25,718 nt of DNA, from IMG/VR virus record IMGVR_UViG_3300034410_000065, positions 1 through 25,718 of that record; one strand, given 5' to 3'. The stretch comes from a virus (lineage: Duplodnaviria; Caudoviricetes). The stretch's first letter is position 1. The number at the start of each line of letters is the position of its first letter. The translations under genes and the position numbers were made by a program. The notes under the pieces were generated by a model. The model was not told the DNA's origin. It worked only from the letters and a program-made list of their open reading frames with translations, and made no database searches. This document shows, one piece after another, positions 16,420 to 25,718 of this stretch.

Positions 16420-19412
16420 TAGTTATTCGCCTTTGCTGCTTCTCTTCTTGCTTTCTCTGCGCGTAACTGTTCTGCAGTATATGTTGGTGTAGTTGCAGGT
16501 TTAGTTTGAGAGCTAGAAGGTTCAGTTACTATCTCGTAGTCACTCAGGTCATAATTCTTAATAGCTTGATCGAAGGCAAGTTGTACCGCCTTATAGCCAT
16601 CCAAGACTGCACTCATCTGTAGAGATTTTGCGTAAGCCTCTGCCTTCTGCTTAGGATTAGTCTTACCTGCAGGGTCATTAACAAGAATAGAGAGTTTGTT
16701 TAAGTCTTTCTGTAATGTGTCAACAGTCCTATCAATGGCAGTCTTTGCATCGAAGTCTGTTGTCATAAATTTTGCAGCTTCTGGTAAAATTTCCATAAGC
16801 TGCTGCTTGTTATATACGCTATCCCTAGAACCTTCTACCGCAACGGATAATATCCTAGCTGCAGTGTTATTGAGAGCTTTCATGTAGTCTATGCCACTTG
16901 CAACATCCTTAAAGGGCGTCCATCCAACTAGGGATGTACCTTTATTAATAATGTTACCAAAGAAACCTGAGTTACCCATAGATACGCTAGGATCAAATCC
17001 TAATTTCTTAATGATGCTTTGATGCCCACCCTGTAGAACTGCATCACTGGAAGCTATGTCTTCTGGTGACATCTCAAGGACAGAAGTAATCTGGGGAGTA
17101 CTCATAGCAGCATTTCTTACAGAAAGAGCATCTACTACTATTGGATCAGTAGGCCGCATGCCGCTTGAGTTTTCTGGGAGATTAGCAATATTTACGGCAA
17201 CGGGGTTCCCTGTAACTGGATCACTTTTAACGGATAGTGCTTTTGTGTGTATGAGAGTTGCAGTTTTTCGATCAACACCAGCACTCATAATTAGCTGAAT
17301 TGCAGCTTCTGAATTTAAACCCTCAAGGGTTATTTTAGCATTGAGAATATCAGGCAATTCGTTGTTTATAAATGCATTCCCAACCGCTTGCTCATCAGCA
17401 TTTGGCGATCTAATTTTATTTCTAGCGTCAACAATCATACCAACTATAGAATTGTTATCGTAGGATACCTCTTTAGGATCAGGCTCTTTCTCTGTCTTAG
17501 CAGAATTATCCTTCCAATCACGCTCAAACTCAGCCATCGCTCTTACAAGGTCTGGGCCAGAAAGTTCTTCAGTTTCGGGTCTGTTTATGAAGTCAGAGAA
17601 TGCAGCCGCATAAGCGGTAGTAAATTTCTCAGCTTCCTCTGGCTTACCTTCTATTTTCTCAAGTGTAGCTCTTACCCTAGACAGCTTATCCACTGCTGCC
17701 TGATTAATAGTACCATCAGGGTTTTTGAATGTTTCAAATCCAGCATTCGCTACTTTTAGATTAAGGTCATCCATAGTTTTAACGCCGTCAAAGTTTAACG
17801 CATCTGCGTTAGCCTCTACAATCACCTGACCAGTTTTAGTAGCTATGGCGCTATCTACCAATGTAAGTTGTGTGTCATCCAAATTGCCTAAGTTTTTCAT
17901 AACTTGCAGCACAGATAGATCTAGCTTCGCAACCTTTTCAGCATCAGCCCAAGTATCCGCTTCAGAAGCTAAGGTAGTTGCCTCCTTAAAATCCTTCTCA
18001 TACTTAGTTATCTGTGCAGTGGTAGGCATCTTAATTTTACCAGTGATAGGGTCAATAAAACCAAAACCGCCCTCTACCATGAAAGCCTTTGCAGACAGTT
18101 CCTTCATGCTAAGACCTTGGAAGTCAATAGCTTCTTTATTTAGCCGCCGATCTCTAGAGAGGATGCTCATTACTTGAAGATTAATTAGATTCTCTGCGTT
18201 TCTAGTAAGCAGGGTCTGTGGTATATTAGGTTTAGAAGCTAAAGCGGCATACCGCTTAATAGCTGTATTGTAGAATGCTTCATCTTTATCCAACGAAGCA
18301 GCAGCAACTCCTAAATTGTTTGAATTTTTAACTGCTTCATTCATAAGTATCTGGGCAGAAATAATACTATGAGGTTCTGAACCTTCCTTATGCTTACTTA
18401 ATTCTAAGAGTAGTGTAGGTTCTTCGACTTTAGCCATAGCCTCTAAGTCAGTCCAGAAATCTACTTTACCTAAAGCCTCTGCCTCTCTAGCCGCTTCTAT
18501 ATAAGGTTTTAATGCATCTTCTCCACCTTCACCTGTAGTAAGAGATATTTGTGCAATTTCTGCGGAGCTTTTACCTTTTAAGTCATTAGCTGTTACGCCA
18601 GCGGTAACAAAGTTATTACCTGTAGACTTTGCCCATTCGTCTACAAGTAATGCGTTAGCTGTGTCACCTTTTTTAAGAAGCTGTTGATATGTACCATACC
18701 AGTTTTCTGGGCGAAGTTTTGATGTATCTATGCTTTTATTATTCTTACCAAAAGTCAGAGTAGGCTCTACATTAACCTCTTTTTCTCCAAGAGGTTCACC
18801 TACCTGTTGCGGATTAAGACCACTATCAATCATCTGTTGAGCTACGTCACCAGATTCGTCATCTCTTTTCGCAAGCCTTGGTACATCAAGAGATGTAAGT
18901 GGCCTCTTTTTGCCAGTAAAATCCCCTGTGGTGCTTTGAAAAGTCGTTGAATTTATTTTTCCCACTCCCTGATCAATTCTAAAGGGGGGAGCCATTTCAA
19001 TTTTGCTTATTGGCTGCTTCTCAGTAGTAGGTGGATTAAAGGTAGCATTGTCATCTATAAAAGTTTGAAAAGCGCCAGCGTCTTTAAAGTTACCTGTTTT
19101 TGCCAACGTAAAAAGCTGCTTATTTATAGCTTCTGTTGCTTGAATTTCTGGATTAGTCATAATAATAAAGTTGACCATATCCTGTGCTTTAGCATCTGCT
19201 TTTTCTTTAGCCTTCTGTTCAGCCGCCGCTGCTTTAGCCGCCGCTGCAGCCCTTGCGCGATCTTCTTTATCCTTCTGAATGCGTTCAAGCTCCTGCCGTT
19301 CAATGCCCTTGATAAAAGGGTCCATGAATGCTTTTGCGAGGTTAGGCTTATTACGATATTTACCTGATTTAAGACCAGATCGAATGCGGGATACTTCTGT
19401 ATTGAAACCCAT
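16419..19412 (-). CDS. Putative internal virion protein, 997 aa
   Basis: Long helical ORF coupled to its neighbours by TAATG overlaps, with an N-terminal Ala/Lys coiled coil. Confidence 0.6.
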   Translation of the reverse strand: MGFNTEVSRIRSGLKSGKYRNKPNLAKAFMDPFIKGIERQELERIQKDKEDRARAAAAAKAAAAEQKAKEKADAKAQDMVNFIIMTNPEIQATEAINKQLFTLAKTGNFKDAGAFQTFIDDNATFNPPTTEKQPISKIEMAPPFRIDQGVGKINSTTFQSTTGDFTGKKRPLTSLDVPRLAKRDDESGDVAQQMIDSGLNPQQVGEPLGEKEVNVEPTLTFGKNNKSIDTSKLRPENWYGTYQQLLKKGDTANALLVDEWAKSTGNNFVTAGVTANDLKGKSSAEIAQISLTTGEGGEDALKPYIEAAREAEALGKVDFWTDLEAMAKVEEPTLLLELSKHKEGSEPHSIISAQILMNEAVKNSNNLGVAAASLDKDEAFYNTAIKRYAALASKPNIPQTLLTRNAENLINLQVMSILSRDRRLNKEAIDFQGLSMKELSAKAFMVEGGFGFIDPITGKIKMPTTAQITKYEKDFKEATTLASEADTWADAEKVAKLDLSVLQVMKNLGNLDDTQLTLVDSAIATKTGQVIVEANADALNFDGVKTMDDLNLKVANAGFETFKNPDGTINQAAVDKLSRVRATLEKIEGKPEEAEKFTTAYAAAFSDFINRPETEELSGPDLVRAMAEFERDWKDNSAKTEKEPDPKEVSYDNNSIVGMIVDARNKIRSPNADEQAVGNAFINNELPDILNAKITLEGLNSEAAIQLIMSAGVDRKTATLIHTKALSVKSDPVTGNPVAVNIANLPENSSGMRPTDPIVVDALSVRNAAMSTPQITSVLEMSPEDIASSDAVLQGGHQSIIKKLGFDPSVSMGNSGFFGNIINKGTSLVGWTPFKDVASGIDYMKALNNTAARILSVAVEGSRDSVYNKQQLMEILPEAAKFMTTDFDAKTAIDRTVDTLQKDLNKLSILVNDPAGKTNPKQKAEAYAKSLQMSAVLDGYKAVQLAFDQAIKNYDLSDYEIVTEPSSSQTKPATTPTYTAEQLRAEKARREAAKANN

Positions 19413-19999
19413 TATGCCGCTTCCTCTTCTTGTACAGAATCTTGTACAACTTCTTCCTCAGTCTGGCCCAGCATGGCAGCTTGCTCATCGTCCTCTGCTA
19501 CTGCGCCTTCTGGCGGCTGAGACATCAATCCCATAATTTGCTCTTGCTCTGGCTCCATTGGGCCAGCCTCTTCCCGCATAGCCATAATCTCTGGAGACTC
19601 TTCCTCTGGCTGTTCGAGGATACCTAAAGACGCTTTGAGAAGCGTTGGAGTTAAGACTATCCTGTCTTTATTCTCCAAGCCCATGTCATATTTTACGCCA
19701 GCATTCTTGGCCTGTATCTCTATGTATCTGGCTAGAGGGCCAGCTATCAGCATAGCCATGTCGATAGTGAATTTACCTTTGGAGATAGCCTGTAGTAGCA
19801 GTGTGCTTACTACTGTAGTAACCTTCGCATCTATACCCAGCATAGCAAATACTAATTCTATTTGCTCTGGCTCATCTATCTTAGAGAGCATGTAGCTGAC
19901 TGTTTCATCGTAATCGACAAGGTCAGGTGGCCTATGCCAAGGATAATTCTTAGTGTCGGTCAGGAAATTCTCGCCCGGAATTGGTCCTTCAAACTTCAT
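19412..19999 (-). CDS. Conserved hypothetical (probable virion) protein
   Basis: Start placed at ATG 19999 (GAGG RBS). PIPGENF...NYPWHRPP N-terminus and an acidic tail containing GLMS. Confidence 0.7.
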   Translation of the reverse strand: MKFEGPIPGENFLTDTKNYPWHRPPDLVDYDETVSYMLSKIDEPEQIELVFAMLGIDAKVTTVVSTLLLQAISKGKFTIDMAMLIAGPLARYIEIQAKNAGVKYDMGLENKDRIVLTPTLLKASLGILEQPEEESPEIMAMREEAGPMEPEQEQIMGLMSQPPEGAVAEDDEQAAMLGQTEEEVVQDSVQEEEAA

Positions 20000-20180
20000 C
20001 AGATTCTTCCTCTTCCCTAGCCGCCGTACTGTCCGTAGGTTCATCAAGAATTTCAGCTTCCAGTTCGTCAAAATAGTCTGGGCCGTACATCAGAAACTCT
20101 TTCTGCTCAGTCAAAGCCTCTGGCATATTTCCAGCCATAAAATTCTTAATGGACTTCTTTACTGCTTCATTGAATTGCAT
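19989..20180 (-). CDS. Small acidic hypothetical protein
   Basis: Likely ATG 20180 with a GAGGT RBS; it overlaps both neighbouring genes. Confidence 0.6.
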   Translation of the reverse strand: MQFNEAVKKSIKNFMAGNMPEALTEQKEFLMYGPDYFDELEAEILDEPTDSTAAREEEESDEV

Positions 20181-22941
20181 TCTGAACCACCTCATAGTTG
20201 ACCATTAGATAGCCACTAGCATCTTTGGATATCGCTTCTGGATGAGTTTTCTGTAAATCTTGGGCGATAACACCAGCGGTGTAGGACTTATCCACACCCA
20301 TGCTGAGTGCCTTATCTGTCCAATCCCATTTGTAGATATTAATGCCGTTACGATTTTCTAGTAACTTTATGTTCTTCTTTAGGCGTATGTCTGAGGTTGC
20401 CCAATTCCATAAATTTTTAACACCACTTATGATGGCGTCTGTACCAGCTGTAGTGCCAGCAACGGCCCCGCCGATACCCAGAACGGCATCCAACCAATTA
20501 GTGCCGCCACTGGTTTGCGCCTCTGCAGTCAGTTGCGATCCAAGCAGTGTAACCAGACGGTCAGCATCGCCGTTGTCTTTCTTGAATATGAAGTCCAGTA
20601 AGCTATCGGCTCTATCCCAAAGTTGGCTCATAGCCTCAGTCGATAGGTCTAGTGCATTTTTAACGTCTGCAGCTACGGCGTCTACTTCGGCTTGGAATTG
20701 TTTGACCGTAACTTCCTGACGCCACTTTGCATTTGAAGTGTCTATGTTGTATTGGAGATTGGCATAGAACCGCTGCCGACTATCTTCTATCGTAGCATTA
20801 AATTCACTATTGTCGTTTATCTCTTCAGCATTAAACTTCTTCATAGAGTTTAACTCTGTAGAGTTATGCTTCTGAATTGCTACATTAAGCTCATCGTAAA
20901 ACTTCTTGTACTCATTTTCAGTTTCAGCCGTGAACAGGCGCTGGGCATTAATAATCTTACTGTCTTCAAACAACGCCTGCGTTTTAGCTTGCTTATTGAT
21001 GACTTCAGCTTGCTGTTCGTTAGTCAGGTTCTTTAAGTCCATCTCTAGGAAGGCTTGTGCATTTTGTACTGCAGCCGCCTGTCTTGCGCCAAGGTTAGCT
21101 ACTTCAAATTTAGCCAGTACGTTAGCCTTGTTAATGATAGACTGTTGTCTGTTATCTAGGTTCTTAGTCGTAAGCGTTTGGAAGAAGGTGGCTTCTTTTT
21201 CAGCTACGCCTAGAGTTGCTTCCATGATGGCAGTTGCCATTGCAGAGGTCTGCGCGGAGCCAGTAATACCATCGAAGGCAATGGTTTGGCTTACGCTTCG
21301 GGCAATCTTCTGCGCCCATTTTGGTATAACAGACTGCCCTTGTTCATTAACAAACTGTGCGGAGATAATCTCCATCTGGCCTGTAATGGTGGCCTTCTGA
21401 TCAACGTAGTTACCTTCGCCTAGAGCTTTGGCTAGATTTTTACCTGACACAGTACTTGTGTCGATGATTGTAGAGAAATCCTGAGTGGCATAGTCGTTAA
21501 TAGCCTTGCCTACAGCACTTGTGCCTGATGCAGCGGCTTCTATGTCTGTCTCTATAGTAGAGGCATCTACTAGATTATTTTCGTTTATTTCGCCAGTTAC
21601 TGCATTCACGTTGAAGCTATCATCTAGCTTGTCACTGTTTAGACTAGCCGTGTAAGTAGCAGGGTCGGAAGAGGTTACTCCAGAAATTGTGCTGACTGAG
21701 TTGTCTGCTACAGTGGTGACATCTATGTTAGCCCCGTCCACCGCGCCGATATTGTAGTTGGGGTCATTAGGGTCTAGCGTTGTGCCTTCGGCATCTGCAT
21801 TAAGCGTTGGAACTAAGTCTTCCAATTTAAGGTTACGGCTCTCTGCCCATGCTGCAGGGTCTGCAACCATAGCCTCTAGGTCTGTTTGCTGTAAATCTAA
21901 TCCAGCCGCCTTAGACCATTCCTGTAATGCTTCTACTGCAGTTAGGTCCGTAGAAGTACCATCGTCTGCAGATGAAGATTCGTCAGAAGAGGCGTCATCA
22001 CCCGTATTTAACTTTTCTTGATTTGATATGTCTTCTGAAGAGGTGTCATCACTGGCATTGGCCTTGTTGTAGCCATAGCCGCTAAGGGCAGTTGAACCGT
22101 CAGTATTCTGTGCAGTCCAATCCAAATTACCATTTTCATCAACTTTTACGGCTAGTTTATCAACATAGCTTCCTGCAATTACATTACCTGCAGCATCTTG
22201 ATTTTGGACAACTTCGTAGGGAAGACCCGCCGCGTTATAGCTGTAATATTGTACTGAAGTACTACTATTAGGATCGTAACTTGAGTTGGTGTAGATGGCT
22301 ATTTCTTTTGTGCCGCCAGACATTTTGGCAACAGTACCTGATGTTTTACTGGCATCGTCTGCAGCGGGATCAATTCCATTAGCCCATCTAAATAGCCATG
22401 CCAACCCATCAGTTAAACCGCTTAGTGGGTTTATAATAGCACCTACTGCGTCTGTGGCTGTATATTTTTCGTAAGTACCTTCTAGATAACCATCGTCATT
22501 CGTTACACTATTAGCAGAGCCGCTAAAAATGGCATTTCCATCTTCATCCACCCCACCATAGCCGCCATCTTCGTTTTTTGGAACGACTTGGCCCTCTGTA
22601 GTGCCTTCTAGTGTGCCATCATATGTTAATACGCCGTTTACATATGCAGCTCCATCCCCCGGAGTAAACGTATTGGCAAACCATTCAGTCCATGAGTTCG
22701 ACTTAGTATCATCGGAAGAGCCAGAGGTCTTATCAGTAGAGGTAGTGCTAGAGGTCTTATCAGTAGAGGTAGTGCTAGAGGTCTTATCAGTAGAGGTAGC
22801 GATAGAAGTATTGCCTGAGCTACCAGAGTCTGAGTAACCTTCCTCTGCATAATTAGTAGAATACTCAGTTCCATTGTATGTAAAAGAACCACCTTGGCCC
22901 TGTTCGGCCCTCGCTTTGGCAAATGCATCACTAAATGACAT
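20167..22941 (-). CDS. Virion protein with C-terminal intramolecular chaperone (peptidase S74-like) domain
   Basis: The C-terminus reads TSDIRLKKNI...YKWDW...GVIAQDL...PEA....GYLMVNY. The middle is a Q/A/N-rich coiled coil and the N-terminal part is S/T/D/G-rich. Confidence 0.75.
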   Translation of the reverse strand: MSFSDAFAKARAEQGQGGSFTYNGTEYSTNYAEEGYSDSGSSGNTSIATSTDKTSSTTSTDKTSSTTSTDKTSGSSDDTKSNSWTEWFANTFTPGDGAAYVNGVLTYDGTLEGTTEGQVVPKNEDGGYGGVDEDGNAIFSGSANSVTNDDGYLEGTYEKYTATDAVGAIINPLSGLTDGLAWLFRWANGIDPAADDASKTSGTVAKMSGGTKEIAIYTNSSYDPNSSTSVQYYSYNAAGLPYEVVQNQDAAGNVIAGSYVDKLAVKVDENGNLDWTAQNTDGSTALSGYGYNKANASDDTSSEDISNQEKLNTGDDASSDESSSADDGTSTDLTAVEALQEWSKAAGLDLQQTDLEAMVADPAAWAESRNLKLEDLVPTLNADAEGTTLDPNDPNYNIGAVDGANIDVTTVADNSVSTISGVTSSDPATYTASLNSDKLDDSFNVNAVTGEINENNLVDASTIETDIEAAASGTSAVGKAINDYATQDFSTIIDTSTVSGKNLAKALGEGNYVDQKATITGQMEIISAQFVNEQGQSVIPKWAQKIARSVSQTIAFDGITGSAQTSAMATAIMEATLGVAEKEATFFQTLTTKNLDNRQQSIINKANVLAKFEVANLGARQAAAVQNAQAFLEMDLKNLTNEQQAEVINKQAKTQALFEDSKIINAQRLFTAETENEYKKFYDELNVAIQKHNSTELNSMKKFNAEEINDNSEFNATIEDSRQRFYANLQYNIDTSNAKWRQEVTVKQFQAEVDAVAADVKNALDLSTEAMSQLWDRADSLLDFIFKKDNGDADRLVTLLGSQLTAEAQTSGGTNWLDAVLGIGGAVAGTTAGTDAIISGVKNLWNWATSDIRLKKNIKLLENRNGINIYKWDWTDKALSMGVDKSYTAGVIAQDLQKTHPEAISKDASGYLMVNYEVVQNAIQ
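22723..22799. repeat. 27-bp perfect tandem repeat (about 2.9 copies), in frame
   Basis: AGAGGTCTTATCAGTAGAGGTAGTGCT at 22723 and 22750, with a partial copy at 22777; it encodes TSTDKTSST repeats. Confidence 0.95.
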
Positions 22942-23186
22942 CAGACTTTATCCTTCTCTTCTTCGCATCTACGAATACGATCACGCAGATAAATGTAATT
23001 ACCCATAGCTTCTTCGATTGCCCGACTGTCAGAAGGAAGACTCTCCAACTCATCTGCTAATTTGTTATTAAAATCTTCGGAGTACTGCTTGATTGAGGGG
23101 CAGTATATTTCCAGTTGGGTTCTATAAACCGTTTCCGCGCAGCCGCTTAATGAGGCTAGGGCGATTAGTAATAGCATCTTCTTCAT
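22941..23186 (-). CDS. Outer-membrane spanin lipoprotein (Rz1-like)
   Basis: Signal peptide MKKMLLLIALASLSG-C with a lipobox. The start at 23186 lies inside the i-spanin gene in another frame. Confidence 0.8.
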   Translation of the reverse strand: MKKMLLLIALASLSGCAETVYRTQLEIYCPSIKQYSEDFNNKLADELESLPSDSRAIEEAMGNYIYLRDRIRRCEEEKDKV

Positions 23187-23361
23187 CTTCAGCCATTGCC
23201 TTATAAAAATCATTTGCTTTTTCAGACGCTTGTAGTTCGTCTTTAATAATTTTATTCTTCTCTTTAGCTGCACCCATGACCTTACCCATTGCGTAAATTA
23301 TGGGTAAAGCCAGTGCGAGAGCGCCTATAATGTAGGTCTTGATCTTACCAAAGAGGAACAC
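23122..23361 (-). CDS. Inner-membrane spanin (Rz-like)
   Basis: N-terminal TM segment (YIIGALALALPIIYAM) followed by a helical periplasmic part; it lies directly downstream of the endolysin. Confidence 0.72.
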   Translation of the reverse strand: MFLFGKIKTYIIGALALALPIIYAMGKVMGAAKEKNKIIKDELQASEKANDFYKAMAEDEEDAITNRPSLIKRLRGNGL

Positions 23362-24092
23362 TAGTGGATGCCTTCTTTGTTGTCTTTGTATCTGGCGTAT
23401 GCCGCTAGAGCTATGCCGCCGATTGCACAGATTAGGAATATGGTTTTAAGGCTATCTGCGTAGGGAAGTAGACCCTGCATCTGACCAGCTATCTCATTCA
23501 AGCCAGTAGCTGCGCCAGCAATCCCTGCACCCGCCATAGTCTTAGACTTCATCAGGCTTTTAGGCGCTTCTGCAGTCACCTTCTGAGGCATGTCTGGGCC
23601 ACCTTCATCAGAGGGAAGCAATGCGTCACGGCTGAAAATAGCAGCCTCTGCAGTACGGCGTCTGGTAAGCCCCTTGAGTGGAGTTAGCTTGCCGTCGATC
23701 CGACACTTATTCCAGCGCATAATTTGTTCTGGAACTTCGTCGTATAAACCCTTGTTCAATTTCTTCAGCAAAGTTGAGCTTCTGAACGCACCTTCGCCTA
23801 AATTGAATATAAACGACACTAGACTGTCATATTGTCCTTGTGAAAGAGGTACTTGCACATACTTCTTAATAGCCTTCGCATGGTCATTGAGGTCTTCAAT
23901 TAACCGTAATTCGCAGTATTCTTTAGTCCACTTAGTACCAGAGCGTACTCCACGAGTGGCTCCATAACCGCAAGTATAACGCCCTGCGCTGCAGCGATAT
24001 GCGCTGACCATGCCGTTGGGCTGTACTTTGTGTAATCCTTCAAATTTTTTAACTAAATTAATACCGTCTTCTGAAATTCTGTCAGGGTGCAT
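23361..24092 (-). CDS. GH24 lysozyme endolysin with C-terminal hydrophobic/membrane segments
   Basis: KKFEG...AYRCSAGRYTCGYG, LVSFIFNLG, STLLKKLN, RW and GLTRRRTAEA motifs; AAGGAG RBS. Confidence 0.92.
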   Translation of the reverse strand: MHPDRISEDGINLVKKFEGLHKVQPNGMVSAYRCSAGRYTCGYGATRGVRSGTKWTKEYCELRLIEDLNDHAKAIKKYVQVPLSQGQYDSLVSFIFNLGEGAFRSSTLLKKLNKGLYDEVPEQIMRWNKCRIDGKLTPLKGLTRRRTAEAAIFSRDALLPSDEGGPDMPQKVTAEAPKSLMKSKTMAGAGIAGAATGLNEIAGQMQGLLPYADSLKTIFLICAIGGIALAAYARYKDNKEGIH

Positions 24093-24109
24093 AAATGCTC
24101 CTTAAATAT

Positions 24110-25675
24110 TTACATGTATGGAGATGAGCTAGACATTAGCCCTGATCCACTTTGAGTAAGGTCACCATACTGTTGAGGTTGAATTGCACTTAATAATTTA
24201 TTTACGTCTGTAATAGATTGTGTGGCTAGTGCGCCATTTGCTGAATAAGTGTTTGTAATTAATTGACCTTGCTGGTTCAAACCTCGACGTACTGCATTAC
24301 CATTTCGGTCTTGTGAGGAAGCGACTAATGTACCGCCTTGATCGAACCCATTCGCAAGTTGACTATACTGTGATCTAGTCTCCGCGTCTAGGCTATCCCC
24401 CTGAGTATTTAATATATTTTTAACAGTATTTAGCCGATTTAGGAAGTCTACTTGGCTTAATTGATCAACCGCTGGTAGGCCGTCATTCGTTATCTGACCT
24501 GCCACTGCATTGTACTGACCTGAGTTAGTATTTGCCCCCGCTGGGTTCTGTACTGCACTTATAACACTAGCTGCATTATTAGCTGCCTGTAGTTGACCGC
24601 CCTTGACCATATCAAACCCACCAGTGACCGTTTTAGCTAATTCAGCGCGGCCTTGGTCTGCTAGTGTCTGATACTTCTGCGTGTCAGTACGAAGGGTGTC
24701 CATGCCTTGTTGAACTTGTCCTACATCACTGAGTATACTTCCCTGCTTGCTGGATAGATCACCATACTGAGTAGACTGATTATCTTTAATTTCATTGGCA
24801 GTGGCGGCTAACTTATCTGTCTCACCAATGACTGCAGACTGCATTCTATTAAGCTGAGTTACTGCGTCTGCAAATCCAGTGTCTACCGTATTGCTTAAAG
24901 TATTGATGTTAGTGTTAGCCGTATCAACGCCTGTCTGAACATTGCCTACGCTGGTGTCTAAAGTATTAAAGCGTCTATTCACTCCAGATACATCGTCTGC
25001 AGTTCCCAATGCGGCAAGGTCTTGGTCTACGTTAGTAATCTGACCTTTGATGCCGCCAGTACCAGTTGTGCCTACAAGTGCTTGGCCTACGCCACCAAAC
25101 CCAGTGTTTAGCTGATCTGTAATTGATCCAGCGGTTGTAAGTGAGCCATCTGAATTAACATTTCCTAGAGCATTTCTATTAGCAGAAAAGCCTTTATCCA
25201 TATTGGCAAAGCCAGTTGTAGTATCATCTTGCAAAGCGGTTAAATTAGCTGCCTTTGCTAAATCGGTGGTATCTACATTCTGGCTAACTACAGTTGTCTG
25301 AGGTATATTAGCGAAGCCCGTCTGCAGAGATTCTTGGATAGTATTTGTATTACCTAAAATTGCAGCGGTATTGTCGTATACTGTATCATAGACATCTACA
25401 TTTCCACCGCCTACCTCAGTAACTACGGGATCACCAGCCGTTACCACTAACTCGCCGTCATCATTAAAGGTAGCAGTCTGGTTTCCCGCTGTAGTTATAG
25501 TAGATTTAGGAGATGTAGTCGTATAGCCAGATACCACATCAGTAGCAGTCTCAACTCCATCTACTAATTCAGTTTCATACACAGGAGATACAAGGCCACT
25601 AGTAGCAAGTGTGCCAATAGTCCTAGTATTGTTATTAAGATTCTGGGCCGCTAACTCTGCTTCTGTTAAAGCCAT
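24110..25675 (-). CDS. Putative structural protein (coiled-coil, fibre- or pilot-like), 521 aa
   Basis: T/G/N/Q-rich with recurring xxGFxx motifs and a CAGGAGA RBS; it lies in the structural arm. Confidence 0.6.
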   Translation of the reverse strand: MALTEAELAAQNLNNNTRTIGTLATSGLVSPVYETELVDGVETATDVVSGYTTTSPKSTITTAGNQTATFNDDGELVVTAGDPVVTEVGGGNVDVYDTVYDNTAAILGNTNTIQESLQTGFANIPQTTVVSQNVDTTDLAKAANLTALQDDTTTGFANMDKGFSANRNALGNVNSDGSLTTAGSITDQLNTGFGGVGQALVGTTGTGGIKGQITNVDQDLAALGTADDVSGVNRRFNTLDTSVGNVQTGVDTANTNINTLSNTVDTGFADAVTQLNRMQSAVIGETDKLAATANEIKDNQSTQYGDLSSKQGSILSDVGQVQQGMDTLRTDTQKYQTLADQGRAELAKTVTGGFDMVKGGQLQAANNAASVISAVQNPAGANTNSGQYNAVAGQITNDGLPAVDQLSQVDFLNRLNTVKNILNTQGDSLDAETRSQYSQLANGFDQGGTLVASSQDRNGNAVRRGLNQQGQLITNTYSANGALATQSITDVNKLLSAIQPQQYGDLTQSGSGLMSSSSPYM

Positions 25676-25696
25676 GATATTCTCCTGTATATTTGC

Positions 25697-25718
25697 TTAT
25701 TCTGGCTGCGTAGGCCAA
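25697..25718 (-). CDS. C-terminal end of an upstream gene (possible tail-fibre assembly chaperone), truncated by the window edge
   Basis: The - strand reads ...W-P-T-Q-P-E-stop. A WPxxP end is typical of phage tail assembly chaperones, but only 6 codons are visible. Confidence 0.35.

Noticed and set aside
22723-22799. Mini-CRISPR array
   Set aside because: The units are contiguous with no unique spacers, lie in frame within a CDS, and no cas genes are present.
1-25718. Retron, DGR or other reverse-transcriptase system to explain the structured RNAs
   Set aside because: No reverse transcriptase motifs or template/variable repeat pair were seen in the window.

Overview
The window is a fragment of a marine alphaproteobacterial podophage genome. 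It is most consistent with the HMO-2011-type group, because its family A DNA polymerase carries the diagnostic DnaJ-like CxxCxGxG zinc-finger insert. The left arm (+ strand, 1-12403) encodes thyX, a tyrosine integrase, an attP-like site holding the 3' half of an alphaproteobacterial tRNA-Asp, primase, DnaB-like helicase, DNA polymerase A, a putative SSB, an exonuclease, an endonuclease, DUF3310, a MazG-like pyrophosphatase and a class II ribonucleotide reductase. The right arm (- strand, 12559-25718) encodes structural and internal virion proteins and a lysis cassette (GH24 endolysin with a membrane tail plus overlapping spanins). The most unusual signals are non-coding. (1) The attP tRNA match stops exactly at the anticodon loop, and the missing loop sequence CCTGTCAC lies about 55 bp away in inverted orientation, so a 61-bp inversion would rebuild it. 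(2) A structured ~290-nt non-coding stretch plus a self-terminated 67-aa gene is inserted between primase and helicase. (3) A promoter-hairpin-terminator sRNA candidate sits between crossed terminators where the two arms converge. All calls come from reading motifs by eye; no database searches or folding programs were run.
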